A stretch of 64,000 bases of DNA from an uncultured bacterium (GCA_963845185.1 CAWJRG010000010.1:32001-96000), one strand, 5' to 3'; shown: positions 20,379 to 30,448, counted from the stretch's first letter. Translations and numbers: made by a program. The notes: a model not told the origin generated them from the letters alone.

Positions 20379-22132
20379 TATTCTTTTTCCTCCTTATCCC
20401 TGTTCAGCAATAATTCATTAACCCTGCTGGCTATAAAAGCTCTTATTTCTGACGGCTTGTTCATTTTCATCGCCTTTTCAGCTAACTCTATGGAGTCCTG
20501 AAATTTTATGCTTCTTATGATTCTCTTTATCGTCAAAGTTGTTGCTGCATTTGTGGATAATTCATCAATACCCATGCCCATTAAAAGCACGGCAATATAG
20601 GGCTCTCCTGCCATTTCGCCACATACAGATACCGGTATTTTATTTTTGTGACCGTTATCTATTGTCATTTTTATTAACTTCAGCACAGCCGGGTTAAGCC
20701 CATCGTAAAGATTTGCCACTGAATTGTTTCCACGGTCAACAGCCATTGTGTATTGTATCAGGTCATTTGTGCCCAGGCTGAAAAAATCAACCTTTTTAGC
20801 AAGCTCCTCGCTCATCAACGCGGCTGCCGGCACTTCTATCATTATACCTGTACTTATATTATTATCAAAAGGTATTCTTTTATGCTTCAATTCTTCCTTT
20901 ACTTCCTCAATAATTTTTTTTGCTTCATCTATTTCATTCATTACCGAAACCATTGGAAACATTATTTTTATCACGCCAAAAGCAGATGCGCGTAATATCG
21001 CCCTGAGCTGCAGCTTGAAAATATTAACATTTGAAAGTGACAGCCTTATTGACCTCATACCTAAAAACGGGTTTTGCTCAGGAGGTAGTTTAAAATACGG
21101 CAAAAATTTATCCCCGCCTATATCAAGAGTCCTTATTGTTACAGGTTTTGGGTTCATTTTTTCAACAACAATTTTATATAAATTAAACTGTTCGTCTTCG
21201 CTTGGAAGGTTCATCCTGTTCATATATATAAATTCCGTTCTAAACAATCCTATACCATCGGTATTATTTTCTTTTGCGACACCGACTTCTTCGGAAAAAT
21301 CTATATTTGCGCTTAAAATAACCGAATGCTTATCGACAGTAATCGTTTCTAATTTTTTCAGCCTTTTTAATGTCTTTATTTTTACAAGTTGTTTTTTCTG
21401 TTCATCTCGGTATGTGGCGAGCGCTTTTTGATTTGGATTTACAATGACTATCCCTTTTCCCCCGTCGACTATAAGCAAATCTCCCGTTTTAACGTTATGT
21501 GTTATATCCCTTATGCCGACAACTGCCGGTATTTCTAGCGATCTTGCAACTATTGCAGTGTGCGATGTAGCTCCGCCAAGCTCAGTAATAAAACCAAGTA
21601 TTTTATTTTTATCCATTTCAGCTGTATCTGCAGGCGATAAATCCAGGGCTACTACTATGTATTTATCATCAGGGGTTTCTTGCGCTTCGGGAATCTTTTC
21701 CGATAGGTTATTTACTACTTTTTCAACCAGTCCGGCTATGTCCCTGCTTCTTTCCTTCAGGTAACTGTCGGAAATTCTGTTAAAAAATTCCGAGTAATCT
21801 TTCAGTACCAGCGTAAGCGCATATTCCGCATTTACCATTTGGCTTTCTATTATTTCTTCCGTTTTGCCGGCAAACATCGGATCTTCCAGGAGCAGAAGAT
21901 AGGCGTTAAAAATATCCGCCTCGCTGTTGCCGATGTCGTATATTATTTTTTCTTTTATCGATAATATCTCCATTTTTGTCTTTTCAACCGCTTTTTTAAG
22001 TCTGTCTATTTCTTCTTCTACTTTAGTGGCAGGTATCTGTTCCTTTTGTATGTTTGCCATCCTTTTATTTATAACATACGCAGGGCCTATTACAATACCT
22101 TGCGAAGCTGCTGTGCCTTTGAACATTTTCAA
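20378..22132 (-). CDS. ptsI: PTS enzyme I
   Basis: GGATSHTAIVARS, GLFRTEF, RTLDIGGDK, GTNDLIQY, CGEMAG. Confidence 0.96.
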   Translation of the reverse strand: MKMFKGTAASQGIVIGPAYVINKRMANIQKEQIPATKVEEEIDRLKKAVEKTKMEILSIKEKIIYDIGNSEADIFNAYLLLLEDPMFAGKTEEIIESQMVNAEYALTLVLKDYSEFFNRISDSYLKERSRDIAGLVEKVVNNLSEKIPEAQETPDDKYIVVALDLSPADTAEMDKNKILGFITELGGATSHTAIVARSLEIPAVVGIRDITHNVKTGDLLIVDGGKGIVIVNPNQKALATYRDEQKKQLVKIKTLKRLKKLETITVDKHSVILSANIDFSEEVGVAKENNTDGIGLFRTEFIYMNRMNLPSEDEQFNLYKIVVEKMNPKPVTIRTLDIGGDKFLPYFKLPPEQNPFLGMRSIRLSLSNVNIFKLQLRAILRASAFGVIKIMFPMVSVMNEIDEAKKIIEEVKEELKHKRIPFDNNISTGIMIEVPAAALMSEELAKKVDFFSLGTNDLIQYTMAVDRGNNSVANLYDGLNPAVLKLIKMTIDNGHKNKIPVSVCGEMAGEPYIAVLLMGMGIDELSTNAATTLTIKRIIRSIKFQDSIELAEKAMKMNKPSEIRAFIASRVNELLLNRDKEEKE

Positions 22133-22398
22133 TCCTCCCCGAATTTATTTTCGACCAATTTCACAAGCTTTGCCATTGCTTCTTTGGAGTCCGGCCCGGT
22201 TGTTGTTATTTCAATTTCCTTTCCGGCCTCAGCCCCTAGTCCCAGTACACTCATGATGCTTTTACCGTCAACTTCGACATCATTGCATTTTACTTTAACA
22301 TCGCTTGTGAATTTCTCCGCCTCTATTACAAACATAGATACAGCCCTCACGTGAAAACCCACTTTGTTTGATATTTTTACTTTTCTCTTGTATTCCAT
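22129..22398 (-). CDS. ptsH: phosphocarrier protein HPr
   Basis: GFHVR (His15 equivalent), DGKSIM (Ser46 equivalent). Confidence 0.92.
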   Translation of the reverse strand: MEYKRKVKISNKVGFHVRAVSMFVIEAEKFTSDVKVKCNDVEVDGKSIMSVLGLGAEAGKEIEITTTGPDSKEAMAKLVKLVENKFGED

Positions 22399-22406
22399 AT
22401 TCTCTC

Positions 22407-23189
22407 CTACATTATTCTGACATAAACTATTATAACTGACAGTACGATGACGGAAATAAATACATGGGTAATAACCGTCTTTCTCCTTAAAGCTTCTGTA
22501 GAAAGTATAAACGCTATTACAAGAGGCAGCGCGTCCAAAAACTTGTTTGTCAACAGGTTGTCCTGTTTAACGCAAAAAAAACCTCCCATTATCCCGCCAA
22601 GCATGCACATTCCGATAAGCTTTACGCTTTTCATTATTTCCTGAAATTGTATTTTTTGTATACGTACAAATAAATCTCCATGGTTATAGTATGCCTTAAA
22701 AAGCAAATAATATTTTATCAGCATTCTTGGCAGGTTATATATTGCAAGGGAAACAATTACGCTGCCTATCAGCGACTTCAGGCTGTAGTTTGTAAGGAAA
22801 ATAACGCCTGCGCCCATCAATAAAGCAAAAGGTTTTAATCCGTACCAGAAAAGCGAATCACCTATTGCGGCAAGTGGCCCCATAATTCCCATTTTTGTAT
22901 TTTCTATTTCTTCGTTTTTCTTTTCGTCATCGTCACTTATGTCTCTCTCGAGTTTTGCTATTACGCCCACTGCGGCGGAAGAAAAAAATATATGCGTGTT
23001 AAAAAAACCTATGTGCCTGTTTATCGCGCCAAGCAGTCCGTATTTATTTTTATGGTATATGCGCTTAAGCAGGTTATATATGGCGAATAAGAAGCCTATA
23101 TTTTGAAGCCTTTCAAAGTTCCATGCGGTATGAAGAAAATTAAGCTTGAATCCGCTCCATAAAAGCGAAAATATGTTTATTTTCTTCAT
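22407..23189 (-). CDS. PTS mannose/fructose/sorbose family IID
   Basis: WNFERLQNIGF, FFNTH, MGPLAAIGDSLFW. Confidence 0.92.
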   Translation of the reverse strand: MKKINIFSLLWSGFKLNFLHTAWNFERLQNIGFLFAIYNLLKRIYHKNKYGLLGAINRHIGFFNTHIFFSSAAVGVIAKLERDISDDDEKKNEEIENTKMGIMGPLAAIGDSLFWYGLKPFALLMGAGVIFLTNYSLKSLIGSVIVSLAIYNLPRMLIKYYLLFKAYYNHGDLFVRIQKIQFQEIMKSVKLIGMCMLGGIMGGFFCVKQDNLLTNKFLDALPLVIAFILSTEALRRKTVITHVFISVIVLSVIIVYVRIM

Positions 23190-23971
23190 AAGGAAGCCTC
23201 ATTTTTCTCCCAGACCGAATTATAAACCATGAAAACCCCTGCTGCAAAAAGAGCCAGCAGAAAAAAAACGATATTCACTTTGTAAAAAGAAAAAACTATG
23301 TATGAGACAAACAATGTTATCCCGTGAATGACGGCGCCTTGTTTTGTCCGGAACATATCAAAAATAACCGCAAACCCCAAAACAGGCATTATCCACCATG
23401 ATATTTTAAGCGCTTCGGTAATCTCACCAGGCAGGGTTTTGTATACCCTCAGTATCAGCGGCACAGCCGATGTTAAAATAAAAAAATAAAGTAAAAAATC
23501 CCTTGCAAGTTTGGCTGTTACGGCGAAAAAATTCACTACAAGAATATAAATACCATTTCCTTCCCTGATTTTACTTTCAAACCGGTGAAGAATGCTGATA
23601 TTTAACTTCCTGTTCCATATATCCATTTGCCCAACAAAAAAACCTATTGCCACGCCTCCAATAAGGCAAAACATCATCAATGAACTTGGTACAATGAGGT
23701 TAGGCGCTGTGCTTCTAATTATAATTATCAAAGCAGTGGTTATAAACGCTATGGCAGAGGACGACGGCGGCACATATGCGCCGAAAGGAGGGGTGTTTGC
23801 CCATATTAGCTGTATCAGGCACCCTATCATGATGCCCATCTGCATGTCTCCCAGCAGGTATCCCGAAACCGCGCCGGTAATTATCGGTTGTGCAATTAAA
23901 AACATGCCTATAGAAAAATTGTCGAGTTCAAAAAGCGCTCCTATCAATGCCGCCAGAGCTAATTTTCCCAT
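23186..23971 (-). CDS. PTS mannose family IIC
   Basis: QPI..G...G..LGD...G, GAYVPP; operon position. Confidence 0.88.
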   Translation of the reverse strand: MGKLALAALIGALFELDNFSIGMFLIAQPIITGAVSGYLLGDMQMGIMIGCLIQLIWANTPPFGAYVPPSSSAIAFITTALIIIIRSTAPNLIVPSSLMMFCLIGGVAIGFFVGQMDIWNRKLNISILHRFESKIREGNGIYILVVNFFAVTAKLARDFLLYFFILTSAVPLILRVYKTLPGEITEALKISWWIMPVLGFAVIFDMFRTKQGAVIHGITLFVSYIVFSFYKVNIVFFLLALFAAGVFMVYNSVWEKNEASL

Positions 23972-23974
23972 TTC

Positions 23975-24478
23975 TTATTTTCCTTTTCCTTTATGATGTA
24001 TTTCTTCTATAGCCTTAAATATGTCTTTTTTCGCCTCGGTTGGTACCATCCTGACCTCAAGTCCTACGCCCATTTTCTTTAATTCGTTAAATGCGGCTAT
24101 ATCTTGCTCATCCACAAAAATAGCGTCAAAAAGCTGGACCTTGCTGGGTGAAAAATGCATTCCTCCTATATTGATTTCGGAGAGTTTTCCGCCCGCCTGG
24201 ACTAATTTTACGGCATCCTCAGGCGAGTTCAGCAGGATTATCGTTTCCATTTCGTCAAATTCCCTTTTTTTTATTTTCCCGGCTGCTTCCATAACAGTTA
24301 AAATGGAGAGTTTTATATCAGGAGGTGTTGCCATCCTGAATAAAAATTTTTGCATATCATTGTTAACGGCCTCGTCGTTGACAACCGCAATATGGTTTGC
24401 CTTTAGCGTCTGGACCCACCCGACTACAACCTGGCCGTGAATCAGCCTGTCATCTATCCTGGTAAGCAAAATAGGCAT
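23975..24478 (-). CDS. PTS mannose family IIB
   Basis: RIDDRLIHGQVVVGW, INIGGM. Confidence 0.95.
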   Translation of the reverse strand: MPILLTRIDDRLIHGQVVVGWVQTLKANHIAVVNDEAVNNDMQKFLFRMATPPDIKLSILTVMEAAGKIKKREFDEMETIILLNSPEDAVKLVQAGGKLSEINIGGMHFSPSKVQLFDAIFVDEQDIAAFNELKKMGVGLEVRMVPTEAKKDIFKAIEEIHHKGKGK

Positions 24479-24481
24479 TTT

Positions 24482-24886
24482 TCAAACCTTCTTATTAAAC
24501 AAACTTTTTGCATCCACAATTGTTTTGTCACGCTTTTCCATAAGCATCTTAACAAGTTCGTCGATGTTTTTCGATGCGTGCATCACAGCTTCTATAACAA
24601 GGGGTAAATTAAACCCCGTGATAATCCTGACTTTTTCGTCTTTACCGAACAATAGCAATGCGGCGTTTGACGGCGTGCCGCCGAACATATCGGCCATTAT
24701 TAGGACGCCGTCGCCTTTGTTTGTTTCTTCGACAAGCTTTCTTAATCTGGCTGTAAAATCTTCCATTTTATCCTGCCCGGACAAAGACAGATAGGTCAGA
24801 TTTTCTCTTTCCCCTATAATAATTGAAACAGTTTCTTTTAAAGCCTGCGCTATATTAAAATGCCCTATTAAAATTATGCCTACCAT
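24482..24886 (-). CDS. PTS mannose family IIA
   Basis: IILIGH, DMFGGTPSN, GFNLP. Confidence 0.93.
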   Translation of the reverse strand: MVGIILIGHFNIAQALKETVSIIIGERENLTYLSLSGQDKMEDFTARLRKLVEETNKGDGVLIMADMFGGTPSNAALLLFGKDEKVRIITGFNLPLVIEAVMHASKNIDELVKMLMEKRDKTIVDAKSLFNKKV

Positions 24887-24940
24887 ATGTAAATCTCCGT
24901 GAGAACATGCGCAAAAACCGTGTAATTGCGCGTAAGGATG

Positions 24941-26212
24941 TCAGATAATAACTATTTTCATAACCATTTTTGCGAGTATTTTGGGGTCATGCCTTATAAA
25001 ATCCCCTTCTGAGAATAGCTTGCCTGCGATCAGCGAAACGCCGAGCTTGTTGATTTCTTCCTTGTCGATTTTTACAAGGTAAGCCTTTTCTTTTGCGTAT
25101 CTTTTTAACAATTCTTCCTTTGGTACTCCGTTATTTGCTATACAATAGTCGATTATTTTCCCCCCGGTATGCTTGAATATCGCCTTTATATGGTCCGAAA
25201 CCCTGTAGTTATCCGTCTCGCCGTTCTGGGTCATTATATTGCTTATATAAATTTTTAATGTTTTGGTATTCATAAGTGCTTCTTTGATGCCCGGTACAAG
25301 CAGGTTTGGTATTACGCTCGTATACAGGCTGCCCGGCCCTATTACTACTATATCCGCGTGTTTTATGGCGTCTATTGCCGGCTGGTATGGTTTACAATTG
25401 CTGGGCTCAATATAAACCCTGTCAATAATGCCGCCGGCCTTTGTTATTTTGGATTCTCCCTTGACCATCTTCCCGTTTGTTAACTTTGCTTTTAATGTTA
25501 CGTTGTCCAGCGATACTGGCAGCACCTCCCCGAATATCGCCAGTACTTTTGAAGATTCCTTTACCGCGCGTGAAAAATCGCCGACTACATTTGATAATGC
25601 CGTAATAAAAATATTGCCGAAGTTATGTCCCGCCAGGTCTTTGCCCTTCTGAAACCTGTATTGAAAAAGTTTACCAAGCAGGGTTTCCTCGTCAGACAGG
25701 GCAACAATGCAGTTTCTTATATCGCCTGGCGGCAATACCTGGTAATCCTTGCGCAGGCGCCCTGAGGAACCGCCGTCGTCGGCCACGGTAACAATTGCCG
25801 ATAAGTTGCTGGTGTATTCCTTCATGCCCTTTAAAACATTCGGCATTCCGGTTCCGCCGCCGATTGCCGCAATCCGCGGGCCCCTTTTCATTTTTGCCCT
25901 TTTATGTGCTATATTTATGAATTCTTCTTCCTTGTTCGGCATTACAACCGTCAGGATTGAATAATAAATTCTCCTTATCGCGAGTATTATTCCGGCAAAT
26001 CCCAGCAGCATAAACGCAATATCCGCGAACTTAAGCCGTTGAAGCCTTAATATATACTTGTCTATATTTATTGCCTCTATCCTGACATTCTTGAATATAT
26101 TGCCTAGCAGGCCGCTTAAGCCCGCTATCAGCACAAGCACGCTTAAAACAAAAAGGAAGATCCACCTTTTTATCCTTATCCCCGGATAGAGCCATTTATT
26201 GATTTGGAACAT
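24941..26212 (-). CDS. yvcK: YvcK/CofD-like (GlmR) protein with N-terminal membrane segment
   Basis: IGGGTG, VTVADDGGSSGRLR, PPGDIRNC, GPGSLYTS, RHD. Confidence 0.93.
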   Translation of the reverse strand: MFQINKWLYPGIRIKRWIFLFVLSVLVLIAGLSGLLGNIFKNVRIEAINIDKYILRLQRLKFADIAFMLLGFAGIILAIRRIYYSILTVVMPNKEEEFINIAHKRAKMKRGPRIAAIGGGTGMPNVLKGMKEYTSNLSAIVTVADDGGSSGRLRKDYQVLPPGDIRNCIVALSDEETLLGKLFQYRFQKGKDLAGHNFGNIFITALSNVVGDFSRAVKESSKVLAIFGEVLPVSLDNVTLKAKLTNGKMVKGESKITKAGGIIDRVYIEPSNCKPYQPAIDAIKHADIVVIGPGSLYTSVIPNLLVPGIKEALMNTKTLKIYISNIMTQNGETDNYRVSDHIKAIFKHTGGKIIDYCIANNGVPKEELLKRYAKEKAYLVKIDKEEINKLGVSLIAGKLFSEGDFIRHDPKILAKMVMKIVII

Positions 26213-27152
26213 CTTCTTTATCCTTTTTCATCCATTTTATTATTCTTTTATTTAATTCTTTTGCCGTGTTATATCCGCCTGACTTCAGCCGCTGGTTCAT
26301 TGCTGCCACCTCTATTATTACGCTCAGGTTGCGGCCAGGCATTACCGGCAGTAATATTTTTGGTATTTCAATTCCGAGTATGTTCTCATATAAATCATTT
26401 AACCCCAGCCTTTCATAATCCTTGTTCCTGTCCCATTCTTCAAGCCGCAGCACAAGCTCAACCTGTTGTGTTTCCCTTATGGCGCCGACCCCGAATAAAT
26501 TTTTTATGTCTATTATCCCTATGCCTCTTATTTCCATGTGGTGCTGTACAATATTTACGCCTTTTCCTTCGAGCTGCTCATCGCTCGATCGCGTCACTTC
26601 CACCAGGTCATCGGCAACAAGCCTGTGTCCCCTTTTGATAAGTTCAAGCGCTATTTCGCTTTTGCCTATGCCGCTTTTTCCCATTATTAAAACGCCTATC
26701 CCGTAAACGTCCACAAAAGTTCCGTGAAGCACGGACTGCGGCGCAAGTTTTTTTTCAAGGTATATCATCGCCTGGCTTATAAGTTTGGTTGTAAAAATCG
26801 AGGAGGAAAATACCGGGGTTTTATATTTTGTTGCCATCTTCAGGAAATTCTGTGGCGGCTTCAGGTCCCTCAATATCAGCGCGCAGCAGATATTTTTTTT
26901 AAAAATCTCTTCCATTACTTTATTTGCCTTTTCAGGACCGACTTTTTTTATGAAGGTAAACTCGGTCTTGCCGAATACCTGTATCCTTTCAAATGGAAAA
27001 TAGTCGAAAAATCCCGCAAGCGCGAGCCCGGGTCTGTTAATGTCGGAAACTATTATTTTTTTTCCCTGCAGGTAATTTTCGCCGGCAAGAATCTTTAAAT
27101 GGACCTTTTTCTTGTTGTCATTATAAAACTCTTTGACGGAAATATCTTTCAT
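26196..27152 (-). CDS. hprK: HPr kinase/phosphorylase
   Basis: INRPGLALAG, HGTFVDVYG, GKSGIGKSE, VADD, EIRGIGII, PGRN. Confidence 0.97.
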   Translation of the reverse strand: MKDISVKEFYNDNKKKVHLKILAGENYLQGKKIIVSDINRPGLALAGFFDYFPFERIQVFGKTEFTFIKKVGPEKANKVMEEIFKKNICCALILRDLKPPQNFLKMATKYKTPVFSSSIFTTKLISQAMIYLEKKLAPQSVLHGTFVDVYGIGVLIMGKSGIGKSEIALELIKRGHRLVADDLVEVTRSSDEQLEGKGVNIVQHHMEIRGIGIIDIKNLFGVGAIRETQQVELVLRLEEWDRNKDYERLGLNDLYENILGIEIPKILLPVMPGRNLSVIIEVAAMNQRLKSGGYNTAKELNKRIIKWMKKDKEDVPNQ

Positions 27153-27237
27153 TAAATAGCCATGCCTCCAGTCCGGAATACAAGCGGCCCCGCATCAGTA
27201 AAATTTGCAGGGCAATGATCGTGCAACAAGGGCATTG

Positions 27238-27705
27238 TCATTGTTTCGTTTTTTCTTCTTCTTCTATTATCTGGTTTATATCTTCCTTGGACTGTGCGCT
27301 CATTATTTTTTTTCTGTAATATTTGTTTTTAAGGAAATTTGAGACTCTGGCAAGGGCCTTTAGCATCACACCGGCCGCCCCTTCCGGCGCCAGCAGCATA
27401 AAAAATATGAATACGGGTTCTCCGTCAAGCGCTTCAAAGTCAACCCCGTTCTTTGAGACTCCAAATGCGCCTGTTAAATCCTTAACGCCTTTTGTCTTGC
27501 TGTGCGGTATGGCTATCCCCTGCCCCACACCAGTGCTTCCGAGCTCTTCCCTTTCCATTAGTGAATCAATTGTAACAGTTTTGTCAAGAATTGCTCCTTT
27601 TTTATCAAGCATGTCGACCATTTCCTTTATTATATCCTCTTTTGTTTTTGATTTTATATTCAGTTCTATGCAGTCCTTGTCGAGAAAATCCAGAATTCTC
27701 ATCAT
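27238..27705 (-). CDS. ptsN: PTS EIIA (Ntr/Fru type)
   Basis: REELGSTGVGQGIAIPH, DFEALDGEPV; between hpf and hprK. Confidence 0.9.
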   Translation of the reverse strand: MMRILDFLDKDCIELNIKSKTKEDIIKEMVDMLDKKGAILDKTVTIDSLMEREELGSTGVGQGIAIPHSKTKGVKDLTGAFGVSKNGVDFEALDGEPVFIFFMLLAPEGAAGVMLKALARVSNFLKNKYYRKKIMSAQSKEDINQIIEEEEKTKQ

Positions 27706-27718
27706 GTTTTCACCTCGT

Positions 27719-28267
27719 TTAATATTTTGAGATCGTAAGGCCGTATTTATTGTCTTTTCTTTTTCTTATAAGGCATATTTTATTGAAATCAACGTTGTAA
27801 AAAAGCAGTATTTTCTCCTTTGAAATTTCGATTTCAGCCATTGCTTCCTCTGTATTCATGGGTTTTGCAGCTTCTATATCCTCCTCGACAATTTCGCTGT
27901 GTTTTTCCCCTTTGTAATCGCTTATCGAGGACAGGTTTTCAAATGCTATGTCCGCCTTTTTATTTTTCCCTTTTTCCGCATTCATTATTTTATCTTTAGT
28001 CTTTTTAATCTGGCTCATAAGCTTGTCTTCAAGCATGTCAATTGAAGAATACATATCCTTTGTTTCCACCTTAGCGCTGAATTTATGCCATTTGGACATG
28101 AGATTCGCTTCGGCAATATGCCGGTATTTTTCCACGGTTATTATGACATGCAATTCCCCATTTTCCTTGAAATCAAAGTAATTTTCTATCTTTTTCAGCC
28201 TTTTATTTGCATAATCCTTTATGCCTTCGGTTAAATCAACATGCCTGCCTGTTATATAAAATTCCAT
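27719..28267 (-). CDS. hpf: ribosome hibernation promoting factor (long HPF/RaiA)
   Basis: ITGRHVDLT, DMYSSID, C-terminal KPMNTEEA...RKDNKYGL; SD AGGAGG before ATG 28267. Confidence 0.92.
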   Translation of the reverse strand: MEFYITGRHVDLTEGIKDYANKRLKKIENYFDFKENGELHVIITVEKYRHIAEANLMSKWHKFSAKVETKDMYSSIDMLEDKLMSQIKKTKDKIMNAEKGKNKKADIAFENLSSISDYKGEKHSEIVEEDIEAAKPMNTEEAMAEIEISKEKILLFYNVDFNKICLIRKRKDNKYGLTISKY

Positions 28268-28282
28268 TATCTTTATTCCTCC

Positions 28283-28382
28283 TAAGCAAGAGTTTATTTT
28301 GCAAACCCGTGGGTGTAGCAAAATATTACTCTTGCTTACACCCGTTCCAGTCCGAAGCCGTAAGGCTGAGGACAAGCGGTGT
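28283..28382 (-). ncRNA. structured leader element, copy A (upstream of hpf)
   Basis: ACCGCUUGUC-hairpin-GGACUGGAACGGGU then AAGCAAGAG-UAA-UAUUUUGC...GCAAAAUA-AA-CUCUUGCUU abutting AGGAGG; sigma70 promoter TTGACA-17-TAATTT at 28500-28472. Confidence 0.65.
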
Positions 28383-28643
28383 CTATGGTGTCAGTGCCTT
28401 TTATCTTGTGGTTTTAAGCGTAAATATCAATAAAAACAATATATTCTTAATGTTCTTAATCAATATTCTTAAAATTAACACATAATATTTATTATGTCAA
28501 TTATTTTAAACCTGAAGATTATGTGCCTAAAAATATTCTTTATTTTTTTTTACATTAAAACTCCGTAATTTACAGAGAAACTCCATAGTAATCCGGTTTC
28601 AGACAAAATTATGCTGCAGTCTTACTGGAGCCCCACGGGCAAA

Positions 28644-30273
28644 CAGACTGTGTCATAAGTCTCCGTCCACAGCTGATTGCCGTAGGTAAATTAAAAAATC
28701 TACAAAATATCCTGTTTTATACAAAAAACCTGCGTGGCCCGATGTTTCTTGCTATCCAAGCTGCGCAATCAACTCCCTGACACCTACAATGCTTATCATT
28801 CGAGCCATATTGAAACAACTTGTGAACAACGCCATCTCAGCTCTTGCTCCTTCAAGCCCTCGCAGCAGAAACCCGCTTACTCCAAGATTTCTTTTAATAT
28901 GTCCGAACGGCAACTCTGCTTTCTCTTTTCTCAACTTGAAAATATCCTGCGATTCTTTTGTTTTATATTTTTCTTCAAGCAATATTTTTAGTTCTTCGTT
29001 TTTTAGCCTCTTTATCATTCTGCCCTTCGGAGACCGGGTGCATACTCCAAAGTTTTTACATTCTATACAAGCCTTTTCTTCAGTAGACCTATATACTTCA
29101 AGATTCTTTTTTTTATCAAAACTATGCCATGTCAATATCTGTCCTTCGGGACAAGTGTAGGTATCTTTCTCTGAATCGTATTGGAATTTATCTTTCCCAA
29201 ACGGCCCGATGTCTTTTTTCTCTACCTGTTCCTGAGAAGGTACTATTACATTTATGTCTTTGTCGTGTATCTTTTTCATTTCTTCTATGCTGGCATATCC
29301 GGCATCCCCACACGCATTTTTGCATTTGTTTTCAACTGTTTTCGCCGCTTCTTCAATCTGACTCCCGAATTGCTTGCGGTCATTGCTTTCGTTTACTACG
29401 TCGCTATGCACTATCAGTCCGTGTCTTTCATCTACCACTATCTGCCCGTTATATCCCGCATGCGTTCCCTGACGCCCTTTTACTTTCACGCATTCCTTGT
29501 CTGTCGTATTTATCGACTTTTTCCCCTCGTTCCTTATTTCTTCCATTACCTCTTTTATCTTTGCTTTTAATTTCTCTTTGCCTCTTAATTTTTCCTTCAT
29601 CTTTACCAGTGATTCAGCGCCGCTTTCTTCCTCGTCTATCTTTTCGCTCTCCTTTATTATCGCTTCTATGTTTTCTTCTATCTTCTTTATCCTTTTTTCA
29701 CACCGCTCCATTGTCCATGTGTTATTTATCGACGCGTTCGCCCTTATCTTGCTCCCGTCTACAAATAGCGTGTTTCCTTCTATCAATCCCAGTTTCATAC
29801 ACATCTTTGCGCTTTGTTTCATCACGTTTTTCAACATTTCCCGGTTGTCTTTTCGAAACCTTGCTATTGTTTTATGATCCGGCTTCAATCCTCCCAGCAG
29901 CCACATAAAAGACACATTATGATGCGTCGCTCTTTCCAGTTTTCTCGAACTTCGTGTCCCGTATGAATATCCGTATACCAGCAATTTTATCATAGCCTCA
30001 GGGTCGTATTCCGAATTTCCCATTTGCGTTTCATCTATTACTATCCCAAGTTCTTCCATTTTCAACGCCTTTACGAACGCGTCGTACGCCCTTACAGGAT
30101 CATCTTCCCCTACATATTCTTCTATGCTCTGCGGAAACATTGTCAACTGACTTCGGTCTCCATATCGGTATGCCATTTTTGTCTCCTTTTCTGATGTGTT
30201 TTCTGGAGACATTATACCATTTTTTATCTGTCAAATATCGTTTCAGACTACAAAAACATTATGACACAGTCTG
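28644..30273 (-). mobile_element. IS1182-family insertion sequence, copy 1 (1630 bp)
   Basis: 15-bp terminal inverted repeats CAGACTGTGTCATAA / TTATGACACAGTCTG; near-identical copy at 40401-42030. Confidence 0.93.
28752..30176 (-). CDS. IS1182-family DDE transposase
   Basis: YDP..M.KLLVYGYS.G.RSSRKLE, PDHKTIARFR, VDGSKIRAN, GYNGQ, DAGY, YTCPEG, ELPFGHIK; SD AAGGAG before MAYRY. Confidence 0.95.
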   Translation of the reverse strand: MAYRYGDRSQLTMFPQSIEEYVGEDDPVRAYDAFVKALKMEELGIVIDETQMGNSEYDPEAMIKLLVYGYSYGTRSSRKLERATHHNVSFMWLLGGLKPDHKTIARFRKDNREMLKNVMKQSAKMCMKLGLIEGNTLFVDGSKIRANASINNTWTMERCEKRIKKIEENIEAIIKESEKIDEEESGAESLVKMKEKLRGKEKLKAKIKEVMEEIRNEGKKSINTTDKECVKVKGRQGTHAGYNGQIVVDERHGLIVHSDVVNESNDRKQFGSQIEEAAKTVENKCKNACGDAGYASIEEMKKIHDKDINVIVPSQEQVEKKDIGPFGKDKFQYDSEKDTYTCPEGQILTWHSFDKKKNLEVYRSTEEKACIECKNFGVCTRSPKGRMIKRLKNEELKILLEEKYKTKESQDIFKLRKEKAELPFGHIKRNLGVSGFLLRGLEGARAEMALFTSCFNMARMISIVGVRELIAQLG

Positions 30274-30448
30274 TTTGCCCGTGGTACCAGTTAACAACAC
30301 ACGGCTCGACATCGTCTCGCCGTGAAGTACTAACTAAATACACTGTTGCTCTCGAATACATATAATATGCGACGTCCACCGAAGCAGAACGCATTCAACC
30401 ATGTGCATAGCACGTGGTGTTCTGCGCAGGTGGATAAAATATGAATTT

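Noticed and set aside
28734..29908. Antisense ORFs inside the IS and other opposite-strand ORFs in the track
   Set aside because: Shadow frames of well-supported genes, without SD or recognisable motifs
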